A stretch of 64,000 nt of DNA, taken from contig JBGPPG010000001.1 of assembly GCA_041488455.1 (NCBI GenBank), positions 11,996-75,995 on the forward strand, in the 5' to 3' direction. Numbering within the stretch: the stretch's first letter is position 1; each line of letters opens with the position of its first letter. Below the pieces are notes generated by a model, which saw only the letters and a program-made list of their open reading frames with translations, had not been told where the DNA came from and ran no database searches. Source of the stretch: Gemmatimonadota bacterium (GTDB lineage Bacteria > Gemmatimonadota > Gemmatimonadetes > Gemmatimonadales > GWC2-71-9). Made by a program: the position numbers and the translations under genes. Shown here piece by piece: positions 10,743 to 19,181 of this stretch.

Positions 10743-12229
10743 CGAGGTGGATTCTCGTTCATCAGGGTGTCGGGCGCGAGCCGGACGTCGGCCCGGCCTT
10801 TCGGATCCAGTGCACCGGCGTCGTGCGCCAGCTGGGCCAGCGACGTCTGCCAGGACAGCCGGGACTGAACCACCTGCGCCCGGGCGGTGGCCAGGGCGCT
10901 CTGGGCAGCGAGGAGATCGAGCACCGTGCCCACACCGGCCTTGTACCGCCCCAGCGCAACCTCGGTGGATTGGCTCGCGCTGGCCATCAGGTCGGCGGCC
11001 GTCTGAACCGAGCGTGTGGCCGTCTGGAGCGAGTAGTACGAGCTGAACACCTGATAGGTGACCTGCTGCTCCAAACTCCGCTCCCGCGCCCGGGCGGCGT
11101 CCGCCAGGAACTCCGCCTGCTGCTGCGAGTACTCCCGGCCGAAGCCGTTGAACAGCGGCACCGACAGCCCGAGGCCGATGGTATAGTTGCTGCCCCCGCC
11201 GGGCCGATTGGCGATGTACGTGAACCCGCCGTCACCCGTGGCGGTGATCGACGGCAACCGGGCGCCACGAAGCTGGCGGATCCGCGCCTGCGCGGCCGCA
11301 GCGTCGGCGCGGGCGGCCGCCAGGTCGGGCCGGTCGCGCACCGCCCGGGTGATGAGGTCATCCACGCTGTCGGTGACGGCGGTGACCGGCACCGGCGCCG
11401 TCACGCTGTCCACGTCGTATGGAAGGTTGGCGGGCACGCCGAGCGCCAGCGCCAGGGCGCCCCGTGCAGTCTGCCGGCTACCCTCCGTCGTCTCGAGCGC
11501 CAGCTGGGCTTGGGAGAGGGCGGTGCGGGCCTGGAGCACGTCGGCGATGGTCGCGGTTCCGACCTGACGCCGTGCTTCGGTCGCCGCCAGGTTCTCTTCG
11601 GCGTCCTTCACCGACGCGCGCTGCGCGTCCACCAGTGCCCCGCTCGCCACGTAGTCGTAGAAGGCCACGAGGGACTGGAGGACGACGTCGTTGATGGCGG
11701 CGTTGTGGGTCCAGTCGGCCGAGAGGAGCGCCTGCCGGGCGCCCTCGATGGCACCCCCGCGCCCGCCGAAGTCCAGCAGCAGCCACGTGAGCGTGGCGCT
11801 CGGCCCGTAGGTCGTTTGGCTGACGGCGGTCCGGCCGCCGGTTGCGGCAGTCTTCACCCGGGTGACGGACGCTCCCAGGTCCACTTCGGGATAGTAGGCG
11901 GACCGTGACGCACCGTACGCGGCGGCCGCCGCGCGTGCATTGGCCCAAGCCTGCAGGGTCGCCGGGTTGTTCCTCAGGGCCAGGTCGACTACGTCGCCCG
12001 CGGTGAGCCGCTGAAGCCGCTCCGCGAGGTCGGACGGGACTTGTTCCGCTGGAGTCGGCGCCGGGCCCGCCGGCGCAGCGCTCGGAGCCGGCGGCGTCCA
12101 GGGAACGTGCGGGGCCGACGATGCCGCAGGAGAGCCACCCCCGGGACCGGGAAGGCCGGGAGCGCAGCCGGCCAGGCAGAGAAACAGAGCAGCCCCGGAC
12201 GGAAGGCGGGGGCCGCGGGAGCGGGCCAT
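10739..12229 (-). CDS. TolC-family outer-membrane efflux protein (lipoprotein type)
   Basis: Signal peptide with lipobox LCLAGC. Two OEP-type repeats rich in coiled-coil Ala/Gln/Leu. First gene of the efflux operon. Confidence 0.85.
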   Translation of the reverse strand: MARSRGPRLPSGAALFLCLAGCAPGLPGPGGGSPAASSAPHVPWTPPAPSAAPAGPAPTPAEQVPSDLAERLQRLTAGDVVDLALRNNPATLQAWANARAAAAAYGASRSAYYPEVDLGASVTRVKTAATGGRTAVSQTTYGPSATLTWLLLDFGGRGGAIEGARQALLSADWTHNAAINDVVLQSLVAFYDYVASGALVDAQRASVKDAEENLAATEARRQVGTATIADVLQARTALSQAQLALETTEGSRQTARGALALALGVPANLPYDVDSVTAPVPVTAVTDSVDDLITRAVRDRPDLAAARADAAAAQARIRQLRGARLPSITATGDGGFTYIANRPGGGSNYTIGLGLSVPLFNGFGREYSQQQAEFLADAARARERSLEQQVTYQVFSSYYSLQTATRSVQTAADLMASASQSTEVALGRYKAGVGTVLDLLAAQSALATARAQVVQSRLSWQTSLAQLAHDAGALDPKGRADVRLAPDTLMNENPPR

Positions 12230-12290
12230 GGGTGAGCCGATCTCCTGAAGTTCGGGGGCCGACGGGCTCCTACGGAGGCCCGGCCTGAAA

Positions 12291-12319
12291 GATTCAGTAT
12301 TGCCTGAACATACTGAATC
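12291..12319. promoter_or_regulatory. Perfect 10-bp inverted repeat GATTCAGTAT-N9-ATACTGAATC; candidate MarR operator
   Basis: Arms at 12291-12300 and 12310-12319 lie in the 106-nt divergent spacer between the efflux operon (start 12229) and the MarR gene (ATG 12336). The region is locally AT-rich. Confidence 0.5.
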
Positions 12320-12335
12320 ATGTTAGGATAGCGCC

Positions 12336-12830
12336 ATGTCGCGCCGGGAAGCCACCCTCCAAGCTAGCACCGCCGACCTCATCGAGCGGATCGCGCTGTT
12401 CTTCGAAACGGAGGGGTTCAGCCGGATCGGAGGCCGCATCTTCGGGCGGTTGTTGCTGGCCGACGCCGCGATGTCGCTCGACGGCCTGGCCGGCGACCTC
12501 GCGGCCAGCAAGGCGAGCATCAGCACGGAGACGCGGTCGCTGGAGCGGCGGGGGATCCTCGAGCGGGTTGGCAAGCCTGGGGACCGGCGGGTGTACTATC
12601 AGGTGGCGGCCGAGCTACCCATACCTACGATGTCGCTCCGGCTGGACCGCTGGCGCCGGTTCAGCCAGCTGCTGGAGGAGGCGCCCGCGGACATCGCCCG
12701 AGGCAGCCCCGTCGTCCGCCACCGGCTGGACGACACCCTCCAGGCGCATCGCTATCTGCTCGCCGAATTCGGCGACGCGCTCCAGCGCTGGCACCGGCGG
12801 AGCGCCTCCTCCAGACACCCTAGAGCGTAA
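12336..12830 (+). CDS. MarR/GbsR-family transcriptional regulator
   Basis: wHTH segment LAGDLAASKASISTETRSLERRGILERVGKPGDRRVYY. Divergent from the RND operon. Confidence 0.8.
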   Translation: MSRREATLQASTADLIERIALFFETEGFSRIGGRIFGRLLLADAAMSLDGLAGDLAASKASISTETRSLERRGILERVGKPGDRRVYYQVAAELPIPTMSLRLDRWRRFSQLLEEAPADIARGSPVVRHRLDDTLQAHRYLLAEFGDALQRWHRRSASSRHPRA

Positions 12831-13440
12831 CGACGCCGGCCGTGCCCGGTGCGGAGGGGTCCTGATCACGGGGGCCCTTCGGGCCGCCCCGGCGCGCCTT
12901 GGCACTCCACTCCTCGAGCCGCAGCGCCACGAACGCGGTCGGGTCCAGATGGTCGTCCGGGATCGGATCGTAGTCCACACCGGCGGTCCGGCCCGGGAAA
13001 TACCGAGCCACCATGGCCTGGAGCAGGGCCCTCCGCTCCTCTCGGGACGGCTCGGGCGCGAGCCGGCCGAAGCACACCGCGCTCCGGTAGTTCACCGAGT
13101 GAAAGAGCGCGGTCCGCGAGTACACCAGTCCATCCACCAGGGTCACCGACAAGCAGACCGGCGCGCCGGTCGCGAGATGCCGCATGAGGCGGCTGTGGGT
13201 CGCGCCGTGGAGGTAGATGAGCTCCGGCCGGGCAGGGTCGAAGTGATACGCCATCGGGATCACGAACGGCTGACCGTCGATCGCGAAACCCACCTGCGCC
13301 ACCAGGCCGGCGGCCAGGATGTCGGCCGCCTCTTCGGGTACGGCCCGCTCGGCGTGCACGCGGAGCCGGCTCCGCTCCCCCTGATGGGGAATCGGGCTGG
13401 CGGACGGCGACGGGGTGCGGAAGGCGGCGGCATGCGACAT
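12820..13440 (-). CDS. Pyridoxamine 5'-phosphate oxidase-like FMN-binding protein (Pyridox_ox_2/NimA-like)
   Basis: 206 aa with a split-barrel pattern (GLVAQVGFAIDGQPFVIPMAYHFD...IYLHGATHSRL...VDGLVYSRTALFHSVNYRSAVCFG). Divergent from the MocR gene. Confidence 0.75.
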   Translation of the reverse strand: MSHAAAFRTPSPSASPIPHQGERSRLRVHAERAVPEEAADILAAGLVAQVGFAIDGQPFVIPMAYHFDPARPELIYLHGATHSRLMRHLATGAPVCLSVTLVDGLVYSRTALFHSVNYRSAVCFGRLAPEPSREERRALLQAMVARYFPGRTAGVDYDPIPDDHLDPTAFVALRLEEWSAKARRGGPKGPRDQDPSAPGTAGVVTL

Positions 13441-13563
13441 GGTCTGAGCTCCGGTTCGAAGGGCTGGTGCGCCCGGTGGCGCAGAGCTACGTTAGCGAGT
13501 CGTTGGCTCTATTGGAGGAGCCAGAATTCGCCAAAGCCATGGTACCAGAAACGAGAGCAACCC

Positions 13564-15045
13564 GTGAGCCCACGCCGCCCGGCCTCCCCACCGTTCCTGC
13601 TCACGCTCGACCCCCAGCGCCCGCTGCAACGGCAGCTCTACGACGGACTCCGCCAGGCGATCGTCGCCGGGCGCCTCCCGCCCGCAGCACGGCTGCCGTC
13701 GGCTCGCCTGCTGGCCGCCGACCTCGGCGTCTCCCGGAACACCGTCACGCTCGCGCTCGACCAGTTGAGTGCGGAGGGCTACGTCGAGGGGCATGTGCGC
13801 GCGGGGACATTCGTGAGCTGCACGCTCCCCGACGCTCTGCTCCAGACCGGGGCCTCTGCCCCTCCCCGCGGCGGACGTCCGGCGGGGGCGGCGCTGTCCC
13901 AACGCGGCAGGGCGCTGGCCCGGAGCGGATTTCCGGGCAGCGCGCTCGGCCGGCCGCGCCCGTTCCGGCCTGGCATCGCCGGGCTCGACGCGTTCCCCGC
14001 GGCCCTCTGGGCGCGACTGGCGGCCCGGAGGTGGCGTACGGCCGGGGTGTCCCTTGGCTACGGTGACCCCGCCGGCTACCTGCCTCTGCGCGAGGCGATT
14101 GCCGACTACGTCAGACAGGCTCGCGGCGCCCGGTGCGCCGCCGACCAGGTGCTGGTGGTGAGCGGGTCGCAGCAGGGGCTCGACCTCGCCGCCCGGGTGC
14201 TCCTCGATCCCGGCGACGTCGCCTGGATCGAGGAGCCGGGGTATCTCGGCGCGCGTGCCGCGCTGCTCGCGGCCGGAGCGACGCTGGCTTCTGTTCCGGT
14301 GGACTCGCACGGGCTCGACGTCGCCGCGGGCGAGCGCCGTGCGCCGGAGGCCCGGCTCGCGTACGTATCACCGTCGCACCAGTTCCCGCTGGGAGTCACC
14401 TTGAGCGCAACCCGGCGGCTCGAGCTTCTCCGCTGGGCCCGACAGGCCCGGGCCTGGGTGCTCGAGGATGACTACGACAGCGAATACCGCTACGCGAGCC
14501 GCCCGCTGGCCTCGCTCCAGGGGCTCGACGAAGATGGCCGCGTCGTCTACATCGGGACGTTCAGCAAGACTCTCTTCCCGGGTCTTCGGCTGGGGTACGT
14601 GATTGCGCCGCCCGGAACCGAAGACGCCTTCCGGGCCGCACGGGCGGCGGCCGACCGCCACTCGCCGAGCCTCGAGCAGGCCGTGCTGGCGGACTTCATC
14701 GGAGCCGGCCACTTCGCCCGGCACGTGCGGCGGATGCGCGGGCTGTACCTGGAGCGTCGCGACGCGCTTCAGGACGCCGTCAACCGACGCCTCGGCGGCC
14801 TGGTTGAGCTCGGGCCGGCGGAGGCGGGCATGCACGTGCTTGGCTGGCTGCCTGCGGGGGTGGACGACGCGTGCGTGGCCTCGGCCCTCGCGGACGCGGG
14901 CGTCGAGGCACCGCCTCTGTCGCGCTATGCGCTCCGACCGCTCGAGCGCGGCGGGCTCCTGCTCGGCTACGCCGGCTTTTCCGACCGGGCCCTCAGAGCC
15001 GCCGTGGAGCGGGCCGCACCGGTGCTGGAGAAGCTCAGATCTTGA
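13564..15045 (+). CDS. MocR/PdxR-type regulator (GntR wHTH fused to a fold-type-I aminotransferase-like domain)
   Basis: GTG 13564 is in frame with ORF 12568..15045. HTH is LPSARLLAADLGVSRNTVTLALDQLSAEGYV. The PLP-lysine region is YIGTFSKTLFPGLRLGY. The upstream part of the long ORF is antisense to the PNPOx-like gene. Confidence 0.9.
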   Translation: MSPRRPASPPFLLTLDPQRPLQRQLYDGLRQAIVAGRLPPAARLPSARLLAADLGVSRNTVTLALDQLSAEGYVEGHVRAGTFVSCTLPDALLQTGASAPPRGGRPAGAALSQRGRALARSGFPGSALGRPRPFRPGIAGLDAFPAALWARLAARRWRTAGVSLGYGDPAGYLPLREAIADYVRQARGARCAADQVLVVSGSQQGLDLAARVLLDPGDVAWIEEPGYLGARAALLAAGATLASVPVDSHGLDVAAGERRAPEARLAYVSPSHQFPLGVTLSATRRLELLRWARQARAWVLEDDYDSEYRYASRPLASLQGLDEDGRVVYIGTFSKTLFPGLRLGYVIAPPGTEDAFRAARAAADRHSPSLEQAVLADFIGAGHFARHVRRMRGLYLERRDALQDAVNRRLGGLVELGPAEAGMHVLGWLPAGVDDACVASALADAGVEAPPLSRYALRPLERGGLLLGYAGFSDRALRAAVERAAPVLEKLRS

Positions 15046-16309
15046 GGATGAGGCGCCTGCGGTAGAGCAGGTCGAGCACGAGGTACCAGAGCGCCACGAA
15101 CGCGACCGCAAAGGCGAGCGACGCGGCTTCCGGCGGGAGCCACGACGCGAAGAGAGACCGGTAGATGGCGGTCTGAACCGGAACGGTGTCGCCCTGGTAG
15201 GGGACCTCGATCACGGAATAGATCAGCCGCGCCATTGCCTCTGATCCGGCGAACGCCACGATCGGATTCACTCCGAACACCACGAACGGCCGCGTCCACC
15301 AGGTGCTGCGGCGCTCCTCGATCAGCCACACGCAGGTGGCCAGCGCGACGCACGCCATTCCCGCTGTGAAGAGCACGTACGAGCTGCTCCACAGATTCTT
15401 GTTGATCGGAAAGAACCAGTTCCAGACGGAGCCCAGAAGCAGGCCGAACGCCCCCATCGCGTAGAGGCCGTTGAGGCGCTCGGGGAGGGAAAGCGGCCGG
15501 GTAATCCAGCGGCCCGCGGCAGCGCCGAGCAGGCAGCTCGCGATCGCCGGGAGGGTGGAGAGCGACCCCTCGGGGTCCCAGGTCTTCGTTTGGTCCCAGA
15601 GGTGGCCGTCGAGGAGCAGGCGGTCCACCCACGCCGCGAGGGTGGCGTGCGGAGGCGCGAGCACGGCCGGGCCAACGCCGGGAACCGGCACCAGCGTGAG
15701 CAGCAGCCAGTAGCCCACCAGCAACGCGGCGGCGGCCACGGTCTGGGTCCGTGCCGAGCTCCGGAGCACGAGCAGGCCGGTGACGAGGTAGACGACGCCG
15801 ATGCGCTGGAGGACGCCGGGGATCCGCAGGTGCGTCAGTCGGTCCGCGGGAAGGAAGGGGAACGCGGATAGCAGCAAGCCGAGCAGCACGATGACGAGGG
15901 CGCGGCGAAGCACCTGGCGGACCAGCTCGCCGTCGTCGGCACCGCGGGCGCGTCGGGCGGAGAGCGACAGGTGGGTCGTGACGCCGACGATGAAGAGAAA
16001 GAACGGGAAGATCAGGTCGGTAGGCGTCCACCCGTGCCACACCGCGTGGCGCAACGGCGGATAGATGTGGCCCCAGCTGCCCGGATCGTTGACGAGAAGC
16101 ATGCCCGCGACCGTGGCGCCGCGGAACACGTCGAGCGAGATCAGTCGCCCGCTAGTGCCTGGATCCGGCGCCGTCGGCGACGTAGCGGTCCTTCTCCAGA
16201 TGGTCGAGCTCGTGCGCGAGATTGTCGCCGATGATCTGTAGCCGGGGCAGGCGGAGCGGATCGAAGCCCGGAGCATGTGGGCTCTTGGCCGGCCCACCGG
16301 CGACCTCAA
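15035..16309 (-). CDS. Transmembrane acyltransferase, heparan-alpha-glucosaminide N-acetyltransferase-like (DUF1624/DUF5009); start uncertain
   Basis: Conserved [23 protein letters not shown]...[16 protein letters not shown] followed by about 10 TM helices. The only in-frame ATG/GTG/TTG starts upstream of this motif (16276, 16297, 16309) lie inside the preceding gene. Confidence 0.8.
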   Translation of the reverse strand: MRSPVGRPRAHMLRASIRSACPGYRSSATISRTSSTIWRRTATSPTAPDPGTSGRLISLDVFRGATVAGMLLVNDPGSWGHIYPPLRHAVWHGWTPTDLIFPFFLFIVGVTTHLSLSARRARGADDGELVRQVLRRALVIVLLGLLLSAFPFLPADRLTHLRIPGVLQRIGVVYLVTGLLVLRSSARTQTVAAAALLVGYWLLLTLVPVPGVGPAVLAPPHATLAAWVDRLLLDGHLWDQTKTWDPEGSLSTLPAIASCLLGAAAGRWITRPLSLPERLNGLYAMGAFGLLLGSVWNWFFPINKNLWSSSYVLFTAGMACVALATCVWLIEERRSTWWTRPFVVFGVNPIVAFAGSEAMARLIYSVIEVPYQGDTVPVQTAIYRSLFASWLPPEAASLAFAVAFVALWYLVLDLLYRRRLILKI

Positions 16310-17072
16310 GGATCGCGTCGAACCGGTACGCGACCGCGCTGCCCGTCTTCGGATCGCGCCAGCTCCCCTGGTGAGCCAGCTCCCGGTTCTTGGGCCAGAT
16401 GCCGAGCGGGAGAGCGAACGTGCGCACGCGGTAGCCGGGAACGGCCGAGTCGATGGCGACGAGGCTTCGGGCGATCTGCTCCTGTACGCCGGCGTCCGAG
16501 AGCGTGGAGAGATTGGCGTGCCAGAGCGTGTGCGCGCACAGCTCGAAGCCCTGGTCGGCCAGGAACTTGAGCTTGCGGAACCGCCACGCCGTCTGCTGTC
16601 CGTCGATGCCGCGGTCGCCGAAGAACGCGTGCCCGGCGCTCGCCGCTGGGAGGAGACAGAACGTCGCGCGCAGCGGCCAGTCCGGGTGGCGCTTCGCGAA
16701 ATCGAGCCAGATCCCGACGCCGCTCTCTGGGTCGATGTCGAGCGTGCCGTCGCGCGCGGTGTAGCGGAACTGGCCCGGCGAGGCGTCGTCGAACGTGAAG
16801 ACGACTGGCGAAGTTCCGGGAGGCAGGGCGATGTCCCCGTCGATCAGCTGTGCGATGGTGATGGGGCGGTACCCTCGATCGTAGAGTAACTCGAGGTCGC
16901 GGCGGAAGCCGTCGCGCGAGCGTCCCCACCGGCTGTCCCGGTCGGCGATCAGATGATACTCGAGAACGGGGATGCGGCCGAGCGTATTCGGGGATCGGGG
17001 GGGTCCAGGCGCCTGGGCGCGGACGCCGGACGCGAGACCCAGCACGGCGATGAGAACGGCGACGCGGAGCAT
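16152..17072 (-). CDS. Secreted polysaccharide deacetylase (NodB/CE4-like)
   Basis: Start set at ATG 17072, giving the signal peptide MLRVAVLIAVLGLASGVRA. Contains VLEYH...VVFTFDDASPGQF and CAHTLWHANL motifs. The upstream 208 codons of the ORF are low-complexity. Confidence 0.8.
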   Translation of the reverse strand: MLRVAVLIAVLGLASGVRAQAPGPPRSPNTLGRIPVLEYHLIADRDSRWGRSRDGFRRDLELLYDRGYRPITIAQLIDGDIALPPGTSPVVFTFDDASPGQFRYTARDGTLDIDPESGVGIWLDFAKRHPDWPLRATFCLLPAASAGHAFFGDRGIDGQQTAWRFRKLKFLADQGFELCAHTLWHANLSTLSDAGVQEQIARSLVAIDSAVPGYRVRTFALPLGIWPKNRELAHQGSWRDPKTGSAVAYRFDAILEVAGGPAKSPHAPGFDPLRLPRLQIIGDNLAHELDHLEKDRYVADGAGSRH

Positions 17073-17107
17073 TCGGCGAGGGAAGTTAGCCCGTGCGCTT
17101 GACCCGC

Positions 17108-17129
17108 GACAGGCTTCCAGACAGGCTTC
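17108..17129. repeat. Perfect tandem direct repeat GACAGGCTTC-CA-GACAGGCTTC in a divergent promoter region
   Basis: Copies at 17108-17117 and 17120-17129 (12-nt register), just downstream of a TTGACC hexamer (17099-17104). Lies between the deacetylase start (17072) and the GTG start at 17178. Confidence 0.7.
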
Positions 17130-17177
17130 ATCAAAGCCGTTCCCCGCGCACGTTCGCCGAGGTGAGGCTGAATCGAC

Positions 17178-19181
17178 GTGGACCGCGACCTGTCGGCCTT
17201 TCTGGTTCAGCTCTCCATTGCCATCCACAAGAGCGCCACGTACCCCCCAGGCCATCCTCTGGCCGCGGCGGCGGTAGACGTGGCGCTGAAGAGCCTCACC
17301 GCGCTGCTGCGCCAGCGGCCGGTCCTCGCCCTCGGCGTCACTCGAACCCAGATCGTCATCGACGGTGAGGGAACCGATCCGACCCATCCCGTGCTGCGTG
17401 AGCTGGCCCAGCGACTCTACCGCTGCCAGCTCGGGGGCCTCAGCTTCTCGCTCGGCCTGGAGGCGGAGGAGCTGACCGGCGTCCTGCGGGCGATGACCGG
17501 GGACGCGGCCGGTCTGGCGGCGGCCGATCCCGCCGTCTGGCCTCACATCGGGCTGCACGCTCTGGCGTTCGACCAGCTCCGGCTGGCGGAAGGAGAGAGC
17601 GAGAGCGGCGAGCAGCAGGGCGGCGACAAGCTGTCCCGGCTGTGGACCGACCTCGTGGGCGCGGCCCTCGGCCTCGGGACCGACGCCAGTACCCACGCGG
17701 ACCCGCGACTCCTCGCTGCGGCGATCGACGCCCGCGCCGGCGAGCGCGGCTTCGCCCAGACCGTCACCCGCCAGCTCCTGGCCCTCAGCCGCCAGACGCG
17801 TCTAGGCGGCGGGCAGGACAACCGGGTGGTGAGCAAGCAGCTCGCGGAGCTGTTGGCCAGCATCAGGCCCGAAACGCTCCACCGTCTCCTGCAATTCTCT
17901 CCCGACCCCGCGCAGCGCGAGCAGCTCCTCGTGGAGTTGTCCCGCTCGATGCCGGTCGGCGCGGTGATCGAGCTGCTCCGCGCCGCGTCCGAGGCCAATC
18001 AGCAGACGATCTCCCACGGGCTGCTGCGGATTCTCGCGAAGCTCGCGGCGCACGCCCAGTCGCACGACGATGACGCGCAGAGCGAGGCGGACGACTCCTT
18101 GCGGGACATGGTTCGCGAGCTCGTGGGCGACTGGGCGCTCAAGGATCCGAACCCCGAGGTCTACAGCGACATGCTCGAGGGGCTGGCGCGACCCCCTTCT
18201 GCCGGCGCATCGGCGTCGGGCCGTCAGGCAAAGGGCGGCGAGGGGGATGAGCCGCTGCGGTTAGTGGAGACCGCGCTCGAGCTCGGGACCTGGGGAGCGT
18301 CGATCGGCACGGCGGTGGCTACGCTGATCGAGCAGCAGGAGGTTCCGGCGCTTCTCGGCCTCCTCGCGCAGGCCCCGGACGGCGATCCGGCGGCGGAGGC
18401 GATTTGGGCGCTGCTCCCTCTTCAGGACGAGCTGCGGCGTGCTCTTAGTAGTGCGGAGCCGGACGCCGCTCTTGTGGAGCGACTGCTGCCTCGCCTCGGA
18501 CTCGACGCTACCGACCCGCTGCTCGACGCGCTGGCGGGAGCGAACTCCCGGGCGCTGCGGCGCCGGCTGCTCACCTGGCTGACGCACCTCGGACCTGGCA
18601 TCGGCCCCATGGTCATGGCGAGGCTGGACTCGCCGCACTGGTACGTCCTCCGCAACATGCTGGTGCTCCTTGGCGGCATGGACCCCTGGCCATCCGGCTT
18701 CTCCCCGGCGGCCCATCTCACTCACACGGACGCGCGGGTCCGCCGGGAGGCGCTGAAGCTGGCGCTCAGGACGCCCGAGCTCCGGGATCAGGCGATCTGC
18801 ACCGGACTAACGGACGGCGACGAGCTCATCCTCCGGACGGCACTTGCCGCGGCGCTCGACGGCTGCCCCCCGGAAGCCGCGCCGCTGCTCGTCGACCAGC
18901 TGGAGTCGCACACGCAGCCAGCGGATGTCCGGCTTCTGATCGTTCGTGTCCTCGCGATGCTTCCGGTGCCCGAGGCCCGGGACTGTCTGGTCCGCCGAGT
19001 GCAGGGCCGGCGGCGTTGGATGCTCTGGAGGCGTCTGGCGCCTAAGTCTCCGGAGACCGTGGCCGCGCTCGCGGGGCTCGCCGGGCGCTGGGGTGGCGAC
19101 CCCGCGGCTGCAAACGTGCTGCGCCTGGCCCGGAGCAGCCGCGACGCCGAGGTGCGGGTCGCGGCGGGAGGAGCGGGATGA
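17178..19181 (+). CDS. HEAT-repeat protein whose N-terminal module is shared with the downstream HD-GYP protein
   Basis: 667 aa, all-helical composition. C-terminal HEAT-like repeats (DARVRREALKLAL, GDELILRTALAAAL, ADVRLLIVRVLAML, RDAEVRVAA). The N-terminal YPPGHP module is paralogous to residues 1-100 of the next gene. Confidence 0.7.
   Translation: MDRDLSAFLVQLSIAIHKSATYPPGHPLAAAAVDVALKSLTALLRQRPVLALGVTRTQIVIDGEGTDPTHPVLRELAQRLYRCQLGGLSFSLGLEAEELTGVLRAMTGDAAGLAAADPAVWPHIGLHALAFDQLRLAEGESESGEQQGGDKLSRLWTDLVGAALGLGTDASTHADPRLLAAAIDARAGERGFAQTVTRQLLALSRQTRLGGGQDNRVVSKQLAELLASIRPETLHRLLQFSPDPAQREQLLVELSRSMPVGAVIELLRAASEANQQTISHGLLRILAKLAAHAQSHDDDAQSEADDSLRDMVRELVGDWALKDPNPEVYSDMLEGLARPPSAGASASGRQAKGGEGDEPLRLVETALELGTWGASIGTAVATLIEQQEVPALLGLLAQAPDGDPAAEAIWALLPLQDELRRALSSAEPDAALVERLLPRLGLDATDPLLDALAGANSRALRRRLLTWLTHLGPGIGPMVMARLDSPHWYVLRNMLVLLGGMDPWPSGFSPAAHLTHTDARVRREALKLALRTPELRDQAICTGLTDGDELILRTALAAALDGCPPEAAPLLVDQLESHTQPADVRLLIVRVLAMLPVPEARDCLVRRVQGRRRWMLWRRLAPKSPETVAALAGLAGRWGGDPAAANVLRLARSSRDAEVRVAAGGAG

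Noticed and set aside
12820-12830. Three convergent gene pairs overlap by exactly 11 nt (12820-12830, 15035-15045, 34419-34429)
   Set aside because: The overlap sequences (CTAGAGCGTAA, TCAGATCTTGA, CTACTGGGTGA) are unrelated to one another. This is most simply a frame coincidence of two stop codons 5 nt apart.
12568-13563. N-terminal 332-codon extension of the MocR ORF (825-aa version)
   Set aside because: The extension runs through the MarR gene's 3' end (12568-12830) in another frame and is then antisense to the PNPOx-like gene. It has junk composition. The wHTH domain begins right after the in-frame GTG at 13564.
17073-17696. Upstream 208 codons of the 514-aa ORF containing the polysaccharide deacetylase
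   Set aside because: Low-complexity sequence that overlaps the real plus-strand HEAT gene. ATG 17072 gives a proper signal peptide.
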